Translations under genes and position numbers: made by a program
Shown here: positions 54,388 to 64,000 of the stretch, in pieces
Numbering within the stretch: the stretch's first letter is position 1
Layout of the letters: each line of letters opens with the position of its first letter
The notes under the pieces: generated by a model
Databases searched by the model: none
What the model was told of the DNA's origin: nothing
The model's input: the letters and a program-made list of their open reading frames with translations, nothing else
DNA from: an uncultured Gemmataceae bacterium
GTDB lineage: Bacteria > Planctomycetota > Planctomycetia > Gemmatales > Gemmataceae
Reading direction: 5' to 3'
Length of the DNA: 64,000 bases
NCBI GenBank assembly: GCA_963750165.1
Contig: CAVVPN010000001.1
Coordinates: forward strand, 192,001-256,000

Positions 54388-56188
54388 TAACGTCCAACAT
54401 TGGCGGCCGGAATCTCAACGAAGGCTGGCGGTGGCGGCGGTCGAATCTTGGCTGGCGAGTCTCCCGGTGGGAGTACTGCAGCTCGGTGCCGACGCACTAC
54501 GCCTTTTCTCGCACAATGAACCGCTTGCGGGATGGCGGCTGAACGTTGACTTCGGGGACCGGCTAAGGCGACTCGACCTGATCCTGCCCGCTGGTTTCCC
54601 ACGAGTGCCGCCGAAGGTGGTTTTGGTTGACCGCCCCCCATTTCTGACCTGGCCTCACGTTGAGGAGGATGGAGTCCTGTGCCTGCTGCCCGACAGCGCC
54701 GAGGTGGACTTTACGCGCCCGGGTGACTTGGCCGCCCACGTGATGTCACTGGCTTGTGAACTCGTCCAGGATTTGGTAGCTGGCCGAAGGGTTGACGACT
54801 TTCGGGCTGAGTTCAACTCCTACTGGGAAAGAAAGGTAACGTCCGGCGCGCCGAGAATACGAAGCATCATCAAGCCGGCTCCCCCGAGCCGATTCGTCGC
54901 AGTCTGGCGGGGGCGACTGTATCATCTTCTCGGAGAGACGGAGGGGGAAATCGTTGGTTGGCTTGGCCGCAGGTTCCAGTCAGGCGCTGCGGAACCGGGA
55001 ACCGAGCCCGGCATTCTCCTGTGGCTTGACAAGGCACTCCTGCCCAACGAATACCCTCACAACGCTGCTGACGTTCGCCGGATTGCCAAGGCGTGCGGCG
55101 GCGCAGAGTTGCTTGAAAAACTGGTCGGTGAAGGTGCCGAACGGGTCATTGTCGTGATGGTCGCGCCTTCGCGCAACGGCCCGTGTCTGGCCGGGGTCAC
55201 CATCAACCCGCCAGCCCCGCACGTCCGCCATGCCATGCCGCTAGTGCGAGGATTTCGCCCGGGCAAAGTGCCTCGGCAATTGCTGTTAGCCCGTTACCTG
55301 GGAGGGACGCAGGTGCTCCGATCCACTGTCGAACGCGCGGACGCCCCATGGGTTCACGGCCGTGGCGAGGATCCCAGGTTTGCCAAACTGCACACGGCCA
55401 TCGTCGCCGTGCTCGGGTGCGGTTCCGTCGGTGCTCCCGTCGCAGCCCAATTGGCCGCCGCCGGAGTCGGCCGTCTACTCCTGATCGACCCTGAAAAGCT
55501 GAAGTGGGCCAACGTCGGGCGTCATCCTTTGGGGGCCCCGGAGGTCGGCAAGTGCAAGTCTAGCGCCTTGGCAGACCGGATTGGTGCCAACTACCCCCAC
55601 GCCCTTGCCATAGAAAGCCTGCCATGCCGGTGGCAAGACGCGGGACCGGAAGGGTTGGCTTTGTTGGCCAAGGCCGACCTGGTCATCAGTACAATGGGCG
55701 ATTGGGCTTCCGAGGGTGCCCTTAACGAGTGGCATCTCGCCAACCGAAAAGGCATTATCATGTACGGATGGACGGAGGCCCATGCTTGTGCAGGGCACGC
55801 CCTGGCTATCCGACCGGACTGGGGTTGTCTCCAATGCGGATTTTCGCACGACGGGTTGCCTTTTCTGCGCGTCACCGACTGGCCGCTAGGCGCTACGGTG
55901 CGTCAAGAACCCGCTTGCGGGGCGGTATATCAGCCGTACGGGCCTGTCGAACTCGGCCACGTGGTTTCAGTGATCGCCGAACTCGCTCTTGATTGTCTGC
56001 TTGGCAACGTGACGAAGGCCACGCACCGCATCTGGGCGGCGCGGCGATCCCTACTAGAAAAGGCGGGCGGGGTGTGGACGCCTGAGTGGGCTTCCATTAC
56101 AGTCGGCCGGAGTGAAGGAGGCTTCGTGGAGGAAAGGGAGTGGCCTCGGTCCCACTCCTGTGTCGAATGCGCTGCGGGGGCCGCGTGA
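54380..56188 (+). CDS. cap2: CBASS Cap2 E2-E1 (ThiF) fusion
   Basis: E2 motif WPHVEEDGVLCL; E1 motifs GCGSVG, N..RH and EPACG; CLQC/CVEC zinc sites. Confidence 0.92.
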   Translation: MPDNVQHWRPESQRRLAVAAVESWLASLPVGVLQLGADALRLFSHNEPLAGWRLNVDFGDRLRRLDLILPAGFPRVPPKVVLVDRPPFLTWPHVEEDGVLCLLPDSAEVDFTRPGDLAAHVMSLACELVQDLVAGRRVDDFRAEFNSYWERKVTSGAPRIRSIIKPAPPSRFVAVWRGRLYHLLGETEGEIVGWLGRRFQSGAAEPGTEPGILLWLDKALLPNEYPHNAADVRRIAKACGGAELLEKLVGEGAERVIVVMVAPSRNGPCLAGVTINPPAPHVRHAMPLVRGFRPGKVPRQLLLARYLGGTQVLRSTVERADAPWVHGRGEDPRFAKLHTAIVAVLGCGSVGAPVAAQLAAAGVGRLLLIDPEKLKWANVGRHPLGAPEVGKCKSSALADRIGANYPHALAIESLPCRWQDAGPEGLALLAKADLVISTMGDWASEGALNEWHLANRKGIIMYGWTEAHACAGHALAIRPDWGCLQCGFSHDGLPFLRVTDWPLGATVRQEPACGAVYQPYGPVELGHVVSVIAELALDCLLGNVTKATHRIWAARRSLLEKAGGVWTPEWASITVGRSEGGFVEEREWPRSHSCVECAAGAA

Positions 56189-56679
56189 TCAATTACCCGA
56201 TCGGGTCGTCCGGCCAAGTCATCGCCCTGACCGGCGCCGTGCTCGCCCGATTCGCCGAATGCCGACAACTCCGCCGCTCTGAGAAAGAGGCGGGGGGCCA
56301 ACTCTTCGCGCAGTTCAGCGGTTCGACAATCCAGGTAGAGGAAGCAACTGGCCCCAGGGAAAGTGACCGGCGCACCCGCACTTCATATGAACCGGATCGT
56401 AGCGCGGAGCAGGCCGAAATAATGGACCGGCATGCCCGAGGGCTACATTACGTAGGCGATTGGCACACTCATCCAGAAGCTCGCCCGTCGCCTTCCCCAA
56501 GAGATCGCAAGAGCATCGCTGAGTGCTTCATCAAGTCTGCCCACAGCCTAAATGGCTTTTTGCTGGTCATCGTGGGCCAGAGCGACCCGCCCCTTGGTCT
56601 CCTCGTATCAATCCACGATGGAAACACTCTCCATCAACTTGCACCCCAAACCGATGGAGCCGCTGAGACAATCCGTTAG
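56185..56679 (+). CDS. cap3: CBASS Cap3 JAB/MPN isopeptidase
   Basis: EAGGQL...GDWHTHP...PS..D JAMM motif; GTGA overlap with cap2. Confidence 0.92.
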   Translation: MINYPIGSSGQVIALTGAVLARFAECRQLRRSEKEAGGQLFAQFSGSTIQVEEATGPRESDRRTRTSYEPDRSAEQAEIMDRHARGLHYVGDWHTHPEARPSPSPRDRKSIAECFIKSAHSLNGFLLVIVGQSDPPLGLLVSIHDGNTLHQLAPQTDGAAETIR

Positions 56680-56691
56680 TTCACGACGACT

Positions 56692-58110
56692 TTACCTCCC
56701 TCGTCCCTCAACCGCCTTGGCCGCGTTGCTCGCCGTGCGCAGCGCGTATTTCTCCCCCTCTTCCTGCGCCTTGCTGCTTTCCTGCATCAGGCGGGCCGCG
56801 GTCTCCTCGACGCTCCAGCCCCAGTCAATCGCCAGCAGGCAAAAGGTGAAATCCGCCTTGCTTCGATCCGGCCGCCCGTCCTTCCAGGCCTTCGGGTGTT
56901 CCAGGCATTGCCGATAGCTCGGCCAGCCGCGAGTATCGAGCCGCCTGGGGCGGTGAATCTCTTTCGCAGTGAATTTCTCCTGTGGCGCGACCAGGCCGAG
57001 GGCTTCCAGTTCGGCCTGCGTCACCCCCCTGCCAGGACTGATGCAAACCGTCTCGACGCGCGGGAACGCGGGCGCGTACTTCTGCTTGAAATTAATGCTG
57101 CCGCTGACGCGCACGGCGCCCGATGCGGTCAGGTCAGCCCCTGCCCCTTTCCGCAGCCGCCGGGCGAAATCGGCGCCTCCGTCGGCCACGGCCACCCATG
57201 CCTGGTAGTTGCCGGGACTGGTGCGCAGCACCAGGAACGACACCGGTCGCAACCGCTCTGCCCCGTTCTCGCCGAGGTCGTCGAGTTGGATCAGCGTGGC
57301 GCCGGCGGAACGCGGGCGGACGATGACGTTGTGCTGCCGCTCGGCGGCCTCCTGGAGGATGGCGGGCATGGCGGATCGCAGCTGGTCGAGCGGGCGGTTT
57401 CCTCGGAAGCCGACCTTCGCGCCGGCGGCATCGGTGAAGGTGAGGTCAAACCGCCCGGCGCCGACGCTGGCGAAGGCGTCGAGCATCTCCCGCGCTGGCG
57501 CCCCGGCCCGTGTTTCTTCCCCCACTGACCGCGGCATTTGTTCTTTACTGATTTCGGCCGCCTGATCCTCCGCGGAACTGCCGGAGCGCCCACCGCCGTC
57601 AGCGCCCTGGGGACTCGTATCGCTGTCTGCCAGGCTCCACCAATCGAGGGTAGGCGACATTCCATGGTTTTCGCGGTATTCCTGGAGGATGAGTAGGAAC
57701 TGCTCATGCAGCGCGTCGCGGCTGTCTCCGCGTGCAGTGGGGTCATATCCGGAAGATTTGTCGAGCTGGTACACCCACGGTTTTCCCGGCTCATGCGGCC
57801 GCCATGTCCAGCCGAGTTCCTTGAACGGGTCGGTCAACTCCCTGCCCGGGTTCGGGTCAACGCCCTCCGGCGCCGTGAACACCACCTGCACCTGGGCGAA
57901 GCGGCGGTCGCGGCGGAAGTGGGCATAGCGGCCGTTGCCGATGTCGATGATGTCTTCGCTGGCGACCTGCGGCAAGCGCCTGGTCCAACGGCGACGGTGA
58001 GATTGTTGCTGGCCTTCGGTCTGGGCTGCCTCCTCCGCCTCGCGGACATCGGGTAGCGTTAGGTCGGCGCCTCGCTCCTCCCCGGTATTCTCAAGCGACG
58101 TGTCAGTCAC
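56692..58110 (-). CDS. RepB-type (RSF1010-like) DNA primase domain protein with extra N-terminal domain
   Basis: IQLDDL, LRTSPGNYQAW, GAD..ASGA.R..GS.N.K and DRS.ADF motifs. Confidence 0.8.
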   Translation of the reverse strand: MTDTSLENTGEERGADLTLPDVREAEEAAQTEGQQQSHRRRWTRRLPQVASEDIIDIGNGRYAHFRRDRRFAQVQVVFTAPEGVDPNPGRELTDPFKELGWTWRPHEPGKPWVYQLDKSSGYDPTARGDSRDALHEQFLLILQEYRENHGMSPTLDWWSLADSDTSPQGADGGGRSGSSAEDQAAEISKEQMPRSVGEETRAGAPAREMLDAFASVGAGRFDLTFTDAAGAKVGFRGNRPLDQLRSAMPAILQEAAERQHNVIVRPRSAGATLIQLDDLGENGAERLRPVSFLVLRTSPGNYQAWVAVADGGADFARRLRKGAGADLTASGAVRVSGSINFKQKYAPAFPRVETVCISPGRGVTQAELEALGLVAPQEKFTAKEIHRPRRLDTRGWPSYRQCLEHPKAWKDGRPDRSKADFTFCLLAIDWGWSVEETAARLMQESSKAQEEGEKYALRTASNAAKAVEGRGR

Positions 58111-58295
58111 CGGCCGACATGATGCCTGGCGTCAGTGGGAATTTCGTCGCAGAATTTCGGTCTGCCTTGTGCCATGCTGGCCCCATTTGCCTGAAGCGAA
58201 ACGGCTCAGCTATAGTCCTGGGAGGGGGCGTTGTCAAAGCGTCTGTCCGACGCGGAGACGGATTACTGCGCCCGAAATGGCAGAGCCATGCTGCC

Positions 58296-61280
58296 TTAGC
58301 GTTCCAAGCGCACCCGGAGACGGCGCGCCCTCTCTTGGAACGCACGCTCCCCGCCTTCAAGAATGTCGCAGACCGCCTTGCGAATATGAGCGCTTTCAAG
58401 CCCGCCCGAGAGATAGCTGATGGGCGGCAACTCGCCCGGTGGATGCGGCCCTACTTGCGCAACGATGATCTGGTCAGCATCCGTGTTAACAACTAAGTTG
58501 GCATTGTGCGTGACCATAATCACCTGACGTTTGTTCTTGGCTTCCAGGAACAGGCTCACGAGTTCATCGAAGATCGACTTGGGGTCTAGGTTTTCTTCGG
58601 GCTGGTCAATGATAAGGGGCCGATCATCAGCGTCATCGAGCGCGAGGTATAGAAGCAACAGAACGATGCCACGTGTGCCCGGCGATAGCTTACGAATATC
58701 AACGCCGTCGTAATCGATGCTGTATTGGATGCCGATGTGTTCGGTGCCAAAGAGCCACTTTGCAAACCGCTTGGACCATGCTCGATAGTTCGCTTGGTCT
58801 GCCTTGGATACGGGCGAGCACTCCAACAATGCTTCTTGGTTCTCAGCACGGAAATTCGCCATGGCGGCGCTGACGGTCTGGGGATCGCCGGTCTCCCAGG
58901 CGGCTTTCAGCGCTGCGTCCGCCAGTTGACGTAGCGTACCGCGCCCTTTGAATGGGCCTTTCTGACGAAGGTCGAGAAGTTGTTCTCCGGCGTCAGCCCA
59001 GCAACCAATATCCGCGACCCGGGCAACTGAAAGTGAAAGCTTTTTTAGAGTACCTTCGGCCTTGCCGAGACGAGTCATCAGCGGATTGTAGAGTTCGGTT
59101 ACGACGGCTTGTTCCGCCATGATGGCATCGAAGACGCGCAGATATGCGGCTTCGCGTTCCTGGACCAACGTTTTGACCCGCTCCTTTGCGCCTTCGCAGT
59201 CAGTTAGCTTCTCTGTAAGTCGATTGAGGGCTGCATTTTCGTCGGTGATGCGTTTCGACAATACGGAGAACTTATTCGCCGTGTCTCGGTCCACGCTCAC
59301 AAGTTTCTCAAGTCGCGTAATCTCGGCTTGCAACACGACCAAGGGCATGTTGTCCAGCGGATCCTCGTCTGCGATCAGAGCGACTCTTGGGTCTGTCGCG
59401 GGCGGTGGCGGCGTGCCCCTCCATTCCTTCGCGCTCGCTCGTGCATTCGCAAGATGCTCTGTTAGGGAAGTATCGACATTACCCTTGTAGTCCAGGAGAA
59501 ACGGTGCCCACTCTTCGGCGTTGAGGCCGCTGGACTTGTGCCTCTCCTGCGATTGCCTCAATGCTTCGGGCGCTTGATGAGTTCGAACATTGCTGACCTC
59601 GTCTTTGAGACTTAGGAGCGACTGCTCCTGCGCGTTGAAGTAACGGAGAAATCCCCGCACCTTTTCAGCGGCAGCGGTGAGCTCACCCAACCGCTCTACC
59701 CTCGCTTCGCTGCCCTTCGCGACGAGCTTCGACCGGTCATTCGTGTACCCGGCGATTAGTTTTGTTTTTTCCGCGATTTGCTTCTTCAAATGGGCGACGA
59801 GCATTTGCTTTTCGAGATCAGTGCCAATCCGTTCGGAGAGGTCGGCCAAAGCGTTTTCTTCTCGGCCGCGCGCCTCCCGAAATCGCATCGCTCTCATCTC
59901 AAGCAATTCGTCGAAGTTGACCGCGCCATCCCGGTCACACAGCGGATGGGCTTCAAAAATGACCCGCTCTATCTCCCGCAGGAGGGCATCCGTCATCCCG
60001 TGGGCGGAACACAATTCCTCTACGAATTGTTGGGATAGGTATCGCGCGCGTGGATATTCCGCCGAGAAACCTTCATCGGAACGGTCAAGGCGACGCTCGC
60101 TGTGGTCACCGGCCTGCCATTTCAGCGATACCGAAGCCCCATGCAGGAGGTCTTGCGCTCGGGTCAAAAAGGAAGCGGGGCTAAGCCGCTCCGAGGTCGC
60201 GTCGCATCCCAGCGCGATCACGTCGGCTAACGCTGTTTTTCCCGATCCTCTTGCTCCAATGATCGCGACAAGGCCGGGATTGAGTTCCACGGTGGGTGTT
60301 GCGGCCCAAGCCGCATTCTTGATTTCGACCGCTGCGATGATTTGCGAAGGAGTTGCACGGACCGGCGGCTTATCGCCAACAAACGCTCGCCCAGCAGGGT
60401 CGATGCAGGCTTGTCGGAGTGTATCAAATACGAGGGCTCCTTTGATCCACGAGTAACGATCCCCATCCGGGACGCCCACGGTTCGCTCCTCGTGCGCGTC
60501 ACTCCCATGCATGCATGGCTTTAATCCGCCGTAGCGCAGTCGCACGACATCCTCAGCTAAGGTGCGTCGGCCAAGCCAAAAGTCACGCTGCATGGAACTG
60601 CTGGCAAAGATTACGTGTGCGAACTTCTCTACTTCCTGCCGCAGCGTCGCGTCGGCTGCATCGCGGACACCAGAAGTCCCGTCTGTTTCGCTGCCAGCGA
60701 CGGCGATCAGGATATTTTGCTGAATCCAAGCGCTGCCGAGGTAGGCTTGCTTTAACTGGTCAAAAGAAACCTTGAATTGCGAGGACCCCCGCTCAAGCGC
60801 GGCAACGGGGTCGGTGAGCTTGGAATCGAACCGCTGACCAAGCCGGATGAGGTCGTCTTTGTTGCAGCAGAAAGAGTCGTTATACGCGCTGAAGGTCAGG
60901 CGCGCGAGAAATCGCCTCAGTTCTGCCAGGTGATCCGGGTGCTCGGGGCTGACGAGAAGATGGAGATTGACCCATTTGCCTTTGACGGTTCCGATGCCGA
61001 GGCGCATCTCGATGTTAAGAAAAATCAGATCACAGTCCGGAAGCCGCCCGTTTCGTTTCGCCTCACAGACGCGCTCATAACTTTCGGTGCTGTAGTAGTC
61101 GGTGACCCCGATTGCCCGTATCGCAGGCGTCGCCGTCTCCAATGCTTTGAGGTAGCGGTCCCAGCTATCGGCACCCTTGAACTGATCGTTCAGAACCGTC
61201 CCAGGCGCATGAACGTGGGGCTCCCACCGATACCAGCGGGCGCCGGAATTCAACTCTTGGCGTTGTTGTCCATCTTCCAT
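58296..61280 (-). CDS. PHP domain-ABC/SMC-like ATPase fusion (TrlF/Ppl-like defence protein)
   Basis: HVHAP, TDY and GSDAH PHP motifs; GARGSGKT, coiled coil, LSPG, IIDQPEENLD and VTHN. Confidence 0.88.
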   Translation of the reverse strand: MEDGQQRQELNSGARWYRWEPHVHAPGTVLNDQFKGADSWDRYLKALETATPAIRAIGVTDYYSTESYERVCEAKRNGRLPDCDLIFLNIEMRLGIGTVKGKWVNLHLLVSPEHPDHLAELRRFLARLTFSAYNDSFCCNKDDLIRLGQRFDSKLTDPVAALERGSSQFKVSFDQLKQAYLGSAWIQQNILIAVAGSETDGTSGVRDAADATLRQEVEKFAHVIFASSSMQRDFWLGRRTLAEDVVRLRYGGLKPCMHGSDAHEERTVGVPDGDRYSWIKGALVFDTLRQACIDPAGRAFVGDKPPVRATPSQIIAAVEIKNAAWAATPTVELNPGLVAIIGARGSGKTALADVIALGCDATSERLSPASFLTRAQDLLHGASVSLKWQAGDHSERRLDRSDEGFSAEYPRARYLSQQFVEELCSAHGMTDALLREIERVIFEAHPLCDRDGAVNFDELLEMRAMRFREARGREENALADLSERIGTDLEKQMLVAHLKKQIAEKTKLIAGYTNDRSKLVAKGSEARVERLGELTAAAEKVRGFLRYFNAQEQSLLSLKDEVSNVRTHQAPEALRQSQERHKSSGLNAEEWAPFLLDYKGNVDTSLTEHLANARASAKEWRGTPPPPATDPRVALIADEDPLDNMPLVVLQAEITRLEKLVSVDRDTANKFSVLSKRITDENAALNRLTEKLTDCEGAKERVKTLVQEREAAYLRVFDAIMAEQAVVTELYNPLMTRLGKAEGTLKKLSLSVARVADIGCWADAGEQLLDLRQKGPFKGRGTLRQLADAALKAAWETGDPQTVSAAMANFRAENQEALLECSPVSKADQANYRAWSKRFAKWLFGTEHIGIQYSIDYDGVDIRKLSPGTRGIVLLLLYLALDDADDRPLIIDQPEENLDPKSIFDELVSLFLEAKNKRQVIMVTHNANLVVNTDADQIIVAQVGPHPPGELPPISYLSGGLESAHIRKAVCDILEGGERAFQERARRLRVRLER

Positions 61281-61499
61281 GTGCGACCTTACTAAGAAAA
61301 TCCTTGGCGAACCAAGAAATATGCATCGGCCGATGCGTAGGCAATCTGGCGTAAGCGTTTTGGGTCGTTTAAGTGGGACGCCAACTCCAGCAGCGTGGTT
61401 CGCGCCGTTGCACTACGTTTGAGCCGAGTCAATCATCAATTTTGTCTGATTCGGGCAACTGCGATCTTTTGCGTGTTTCAATTGTTGACGAAAAAGGTG

Positions 61500-64000
61500 C
61501 TAATCCTCCTCAAACCCATAATCCGTAAACTTCAGCGTCCGGCAATTCTCCGTCACGTCCCGTACCAGCTTGTCACCGGCTCCGTCGGCAAGTTCGGCGT
61601 GAATCTCGATGGTGATTTCGACATTCGATCCAACCATGCCGGTCAGGTGCTGGATGACTTCCTCCGCGATCCGCGAGGCGTCGCGCCCCAACCGCATCGG
61701 ATCGACTTTCACAGAACCGTGGAAGCGGCGCGGTTTTGTCGGCTCTGGTATCGTCCGTTGTTTGCCGGTCGTTCCCTGATTTTCAGTCCCGGAAACGGGT
61801 GCGCCGCCGCCGGTGACTGCCGAGGTGGCAGCCGCGGCCGTCCCGTCCGTGGTGGTTTGTGCCGCTGCGGCTTCCTTCTCCTGGGCAAACTGAGCCGCCG
61901 CTGCCTCCGGTTTCACCAGCAGGCTGCGGTCATCGACGAGGACGCGAGTAGCCTGGCCGGCGCGAAGGCCCTGGTAGCGTTTCCGCTGCTCGTCCCACCC
62001 TTCGGCATAGGCGAAGGTTTCGCCCCAAACCAGGCTGGAAACACCTTCCTGGATTGCCGCAATCAAAACCTGTTCGTCCCGCAGGCGCGGCAGGTAGAGG
62101 TAACGGGCCATGTACTCGGTCAGCTGTTTGATGTTGACGTGATTGCCGGTCCAGAGCGGTACGCGGTCAAGTTCTGTTCGCAGGCGCACTGCCCCCATCT
62201 GCACCAACAGCGATTCTTCGTTCTTGAGCTTCTTGGCCGCACGGGTGGCAAGGCGGTCCTGGCCTTGGAGCTTCAGGTCGGTCCAGGTGATGTCGCCCTT
62301 GGGGTCTGGTTGCCCGGGGACCAGAAGCCATTGGTATGCCTCAGTGATCCGCAAATCAACGGCTTCGTCGGCATTCTTCCGCTTCGTTTCAGCCTGGCGA
62401 ATCTGGAACTGGTCCAGGTTGAGCGTCGCCCGGTCGTCCGAAATGGATGACCATGCCAGGAATTGGCGGATTGCTTGCTCCAGTTCACGCAGGCGATTGG
62501 CGTCCCCAGCCAGGAACACGAGCGTGTTCTTGAAGTTGCGGGGGGAGCTTCCGCGGGTGTCGAGGATCACCGCCGCTTCTTTCCGAGCAGCACTGTTTGC
62601 ATCCCGGTTCGCATGGGGAAACTCCGGGCCCAGGATCACCAGTCGCGCTTCCTGCTCGTCTGGCACGTCGCTGCTGGGGACACAAGCATGGAGCCTGGAG
62701 AAATCCGATTTGGTGCGGGCCTCTTCTCGAAGGCGTTTGACGATCTCGTCGTTCACCTGGTCGTCGGTAAGCTGGCCGCCGCGGTCGTCAGCGAGCCGGG
62801 TAACGGTCGGTTGCGACGAGTACCAGTAACGCTTGCCGTCCACGTAGAGGTAGGTGGCGCTGTCCGTCAGCCGTCGCAGGCCGTCACCGAAGGTGGCCAC
62901 GGCCTCACCGGGTTGCACGCAGCCGAGCTTTACCTGGCGCTCGTCAATGCCGCGATGCGCAGCGCGCGTGGTCGGTGCCGACCCCATGTAAATCGTTCGG
63001 GCTACACGCCGGCAGGCTGAGTACCTGCCCAGGTTTGGGTTGTCGCGGTCCAGTTTGAGCGGCAGAGAATTGCCCCCGTCCACGTCCTTTTCGATCACCG
63101 GCACCCAGTGGTCATCCAAATATCGAGTCAGCTCGAATTGCACCAACTGGTCGTCCACGGGTACGTTGCCCGGCATGATGAGGACGGCTCCGTCCTGCCG
63201 TTCCCAGAGCGAATGGATGACAGCAGCCATGAGCCGCAGCACGCCGCGCGTGCGTTGGAACTTGTCGAGCGTGGACCAGTCGTTGTACAGCCGGTCGAAC
63301 AATTCCGGGTGAATGGGGTAGGACATTTTGAGTCGGCGTTCATAATCCGCCTCGCGGCACTCCGATGGGAATTCTTGCTGCTGCGCACCGTACAACTCGA
63401 CGAACGCGCGGGCCACGGCATCGCGGGCGATGAACTGATCTCCCGAGAGCGGTTGGAAGAGGCGCCGACGGACGATCTCGAAGCCCTCGTCCGGGCTGGC
63501 GGGCCGCCAGGATGCCTCCACGCGGCCGATGGCGTTCTTGAGCCGGGCCAGCGCTTCGCGGCCCCTCTCTCCGCCGACTTCAATATCGGTGACACCGCGG
63601 TCTGCCTTCTGGTGCGGGCTTTCGGAAGCCGGGATGCTGACCACCAGCAGCGTGTTCTTGGCCGCCTTCACGGCTTCGCTGAGTCCCTGAGCAAACGTAA
63701 AGTGCGTTTCAAAAGTGCCGGCCGGCAGGTCGGCCGTCGCATGCAGCTGCCGAGCGTAGGCGACCCATTCATCGATCAGGATCAGGCAAGGGCCGTACTT
63801 GTTGAAGAGTTCCTTGAGGGTGGTTCCGGGATTCGTTGCTTTCTCGTCGTCTTCCTTGACGAGCTTGTAGCCCTCCTTGCCGCCCAGTTGCCAGGCGATC
63901 TCGCCCCAAATCGTGCGGACGACGGTGCCGTCCGGTTTCTTGTGCGGCTTCCCTGGTGAAATCTGCGTCCCAACGAAGACGGCGCGGCGGACATTTTTCG
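61500..64000 (-). CDS. DUF499 AAA+ ATPase, 5' end outside the window
   Basis: TIWGEIAWQLG, LIDEWVAY, YPIHPE and FQRTRGVLR motifs; frame open to the window edge. Confidence 0.9.
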   Translation of the reverse strand, partial: KNVRRAVFVGTQISPGKPHKKPDGTVVRTIWGEIAWQLGGKEGYKLVKEDDEKATNPGTTLKELFNKYGPCLILIDEWVAYARQLHATADLPAGTFETHFTFAQGLSEAVKAAKNTLLVVSIPASESPHQKADRGVTDIEVGGERGREALARLKNAIGRVEASWRPASPDEGFEIVRRRLFQPLSGDQFIARDAVARAFVELYGAQQQEFPSECREADYERRLKMSYPIHPELFDRLYNDWSTLDKFQRTRGVLRLMAAVIHSLWERQDGAVLIMPGNVPVDDQLVQFELTRYLDDHWVPVIEKDVDGGNSLPLKLDRDNPNLGRYSACRRVARTIYMGSAPTTRAAHRGIDERQVKLGCVQPGEAVATFGDGLRRLTDSATYLYVDGKRYWYSSQPTVTRLADDRGGQLTDDQVNDEIVKRLREEARTKSDFSRLHACVPSSDVPDEQEARLVILGPEFPHANRDANSAARKEAAVILDTRGSSPRNFKNTLVFLAGDANRLRELEQAIRQFLAWSSISDDRATLNLDQFQIRQAETKRKNADEAVDLRITEAYQWLLVPGQPDPKGDITWTDLKLQGQDRLATRAAKKLKNEESLLVQMGAVRLRTELDRVPLWTGNHVNIKQLTEYMARYLYLPRLRDEQVLIAAIQEGVSSLVWGETFAYAEGWDEQRKRYQGLRAGQATRVLVDDRSLLVKPEAAAAQFAQEKEAAAAQTTTDGTAAAATSAVTGGGAPVSGTENQGTTGKQRTIPEPTKPRRFHGSVKVDPMRLGRDASRIAEEVIQHLTGMVGSNVEITIEIHAELADGAGDKLVRDVTENCRTLKFTDYGFEED

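Overview
High-GC bacterial DNA, probably a planctomycete (Gemmataceae-like), judged from the ECF sigma/Ser-Thr kinase cluster and the gene families present. 1-10.2 kb is a minus-strand, MarR-headed redox/detox operon: egtB, egtD, a CxxxxC flavoprotein disulfide reductase, DJ-1/VOC, an mmsA-like gene broken by a ~100-bp MITE, an SDR, an ABC substrate-binding protein and an aldo-keto reductase. 10.5-19.7 kb holds an ECF sigma factor, two paralogous Hanks kinases (one fused to an UrtA/AmiC domain), a MOSC protein, a SnoaL protein and Mpg. 19.8-28 kb holds nested IS21/IS3 elements with small cargo genes. From ~28 kb to the end it looks like a decaying integrated plasmid/ICE: a putative replication-partition module (ExeA-like ATPase, RHH protein, O-like Rep with internal iterons), a DarB-like methylase-helicase, a RepB-type primase and a tyrosine integrase. 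It also carries a defence island with complete type II CBASS, a PHP-ATPase (Ppl/TrlF-like) and a DUF499 ATPase. About nine single-base frameshifts in GC-rich runs are probably assembly errors. No rRNA, tRNA or CRISPR array was seen. All family calls are by eye and unverified by database search.
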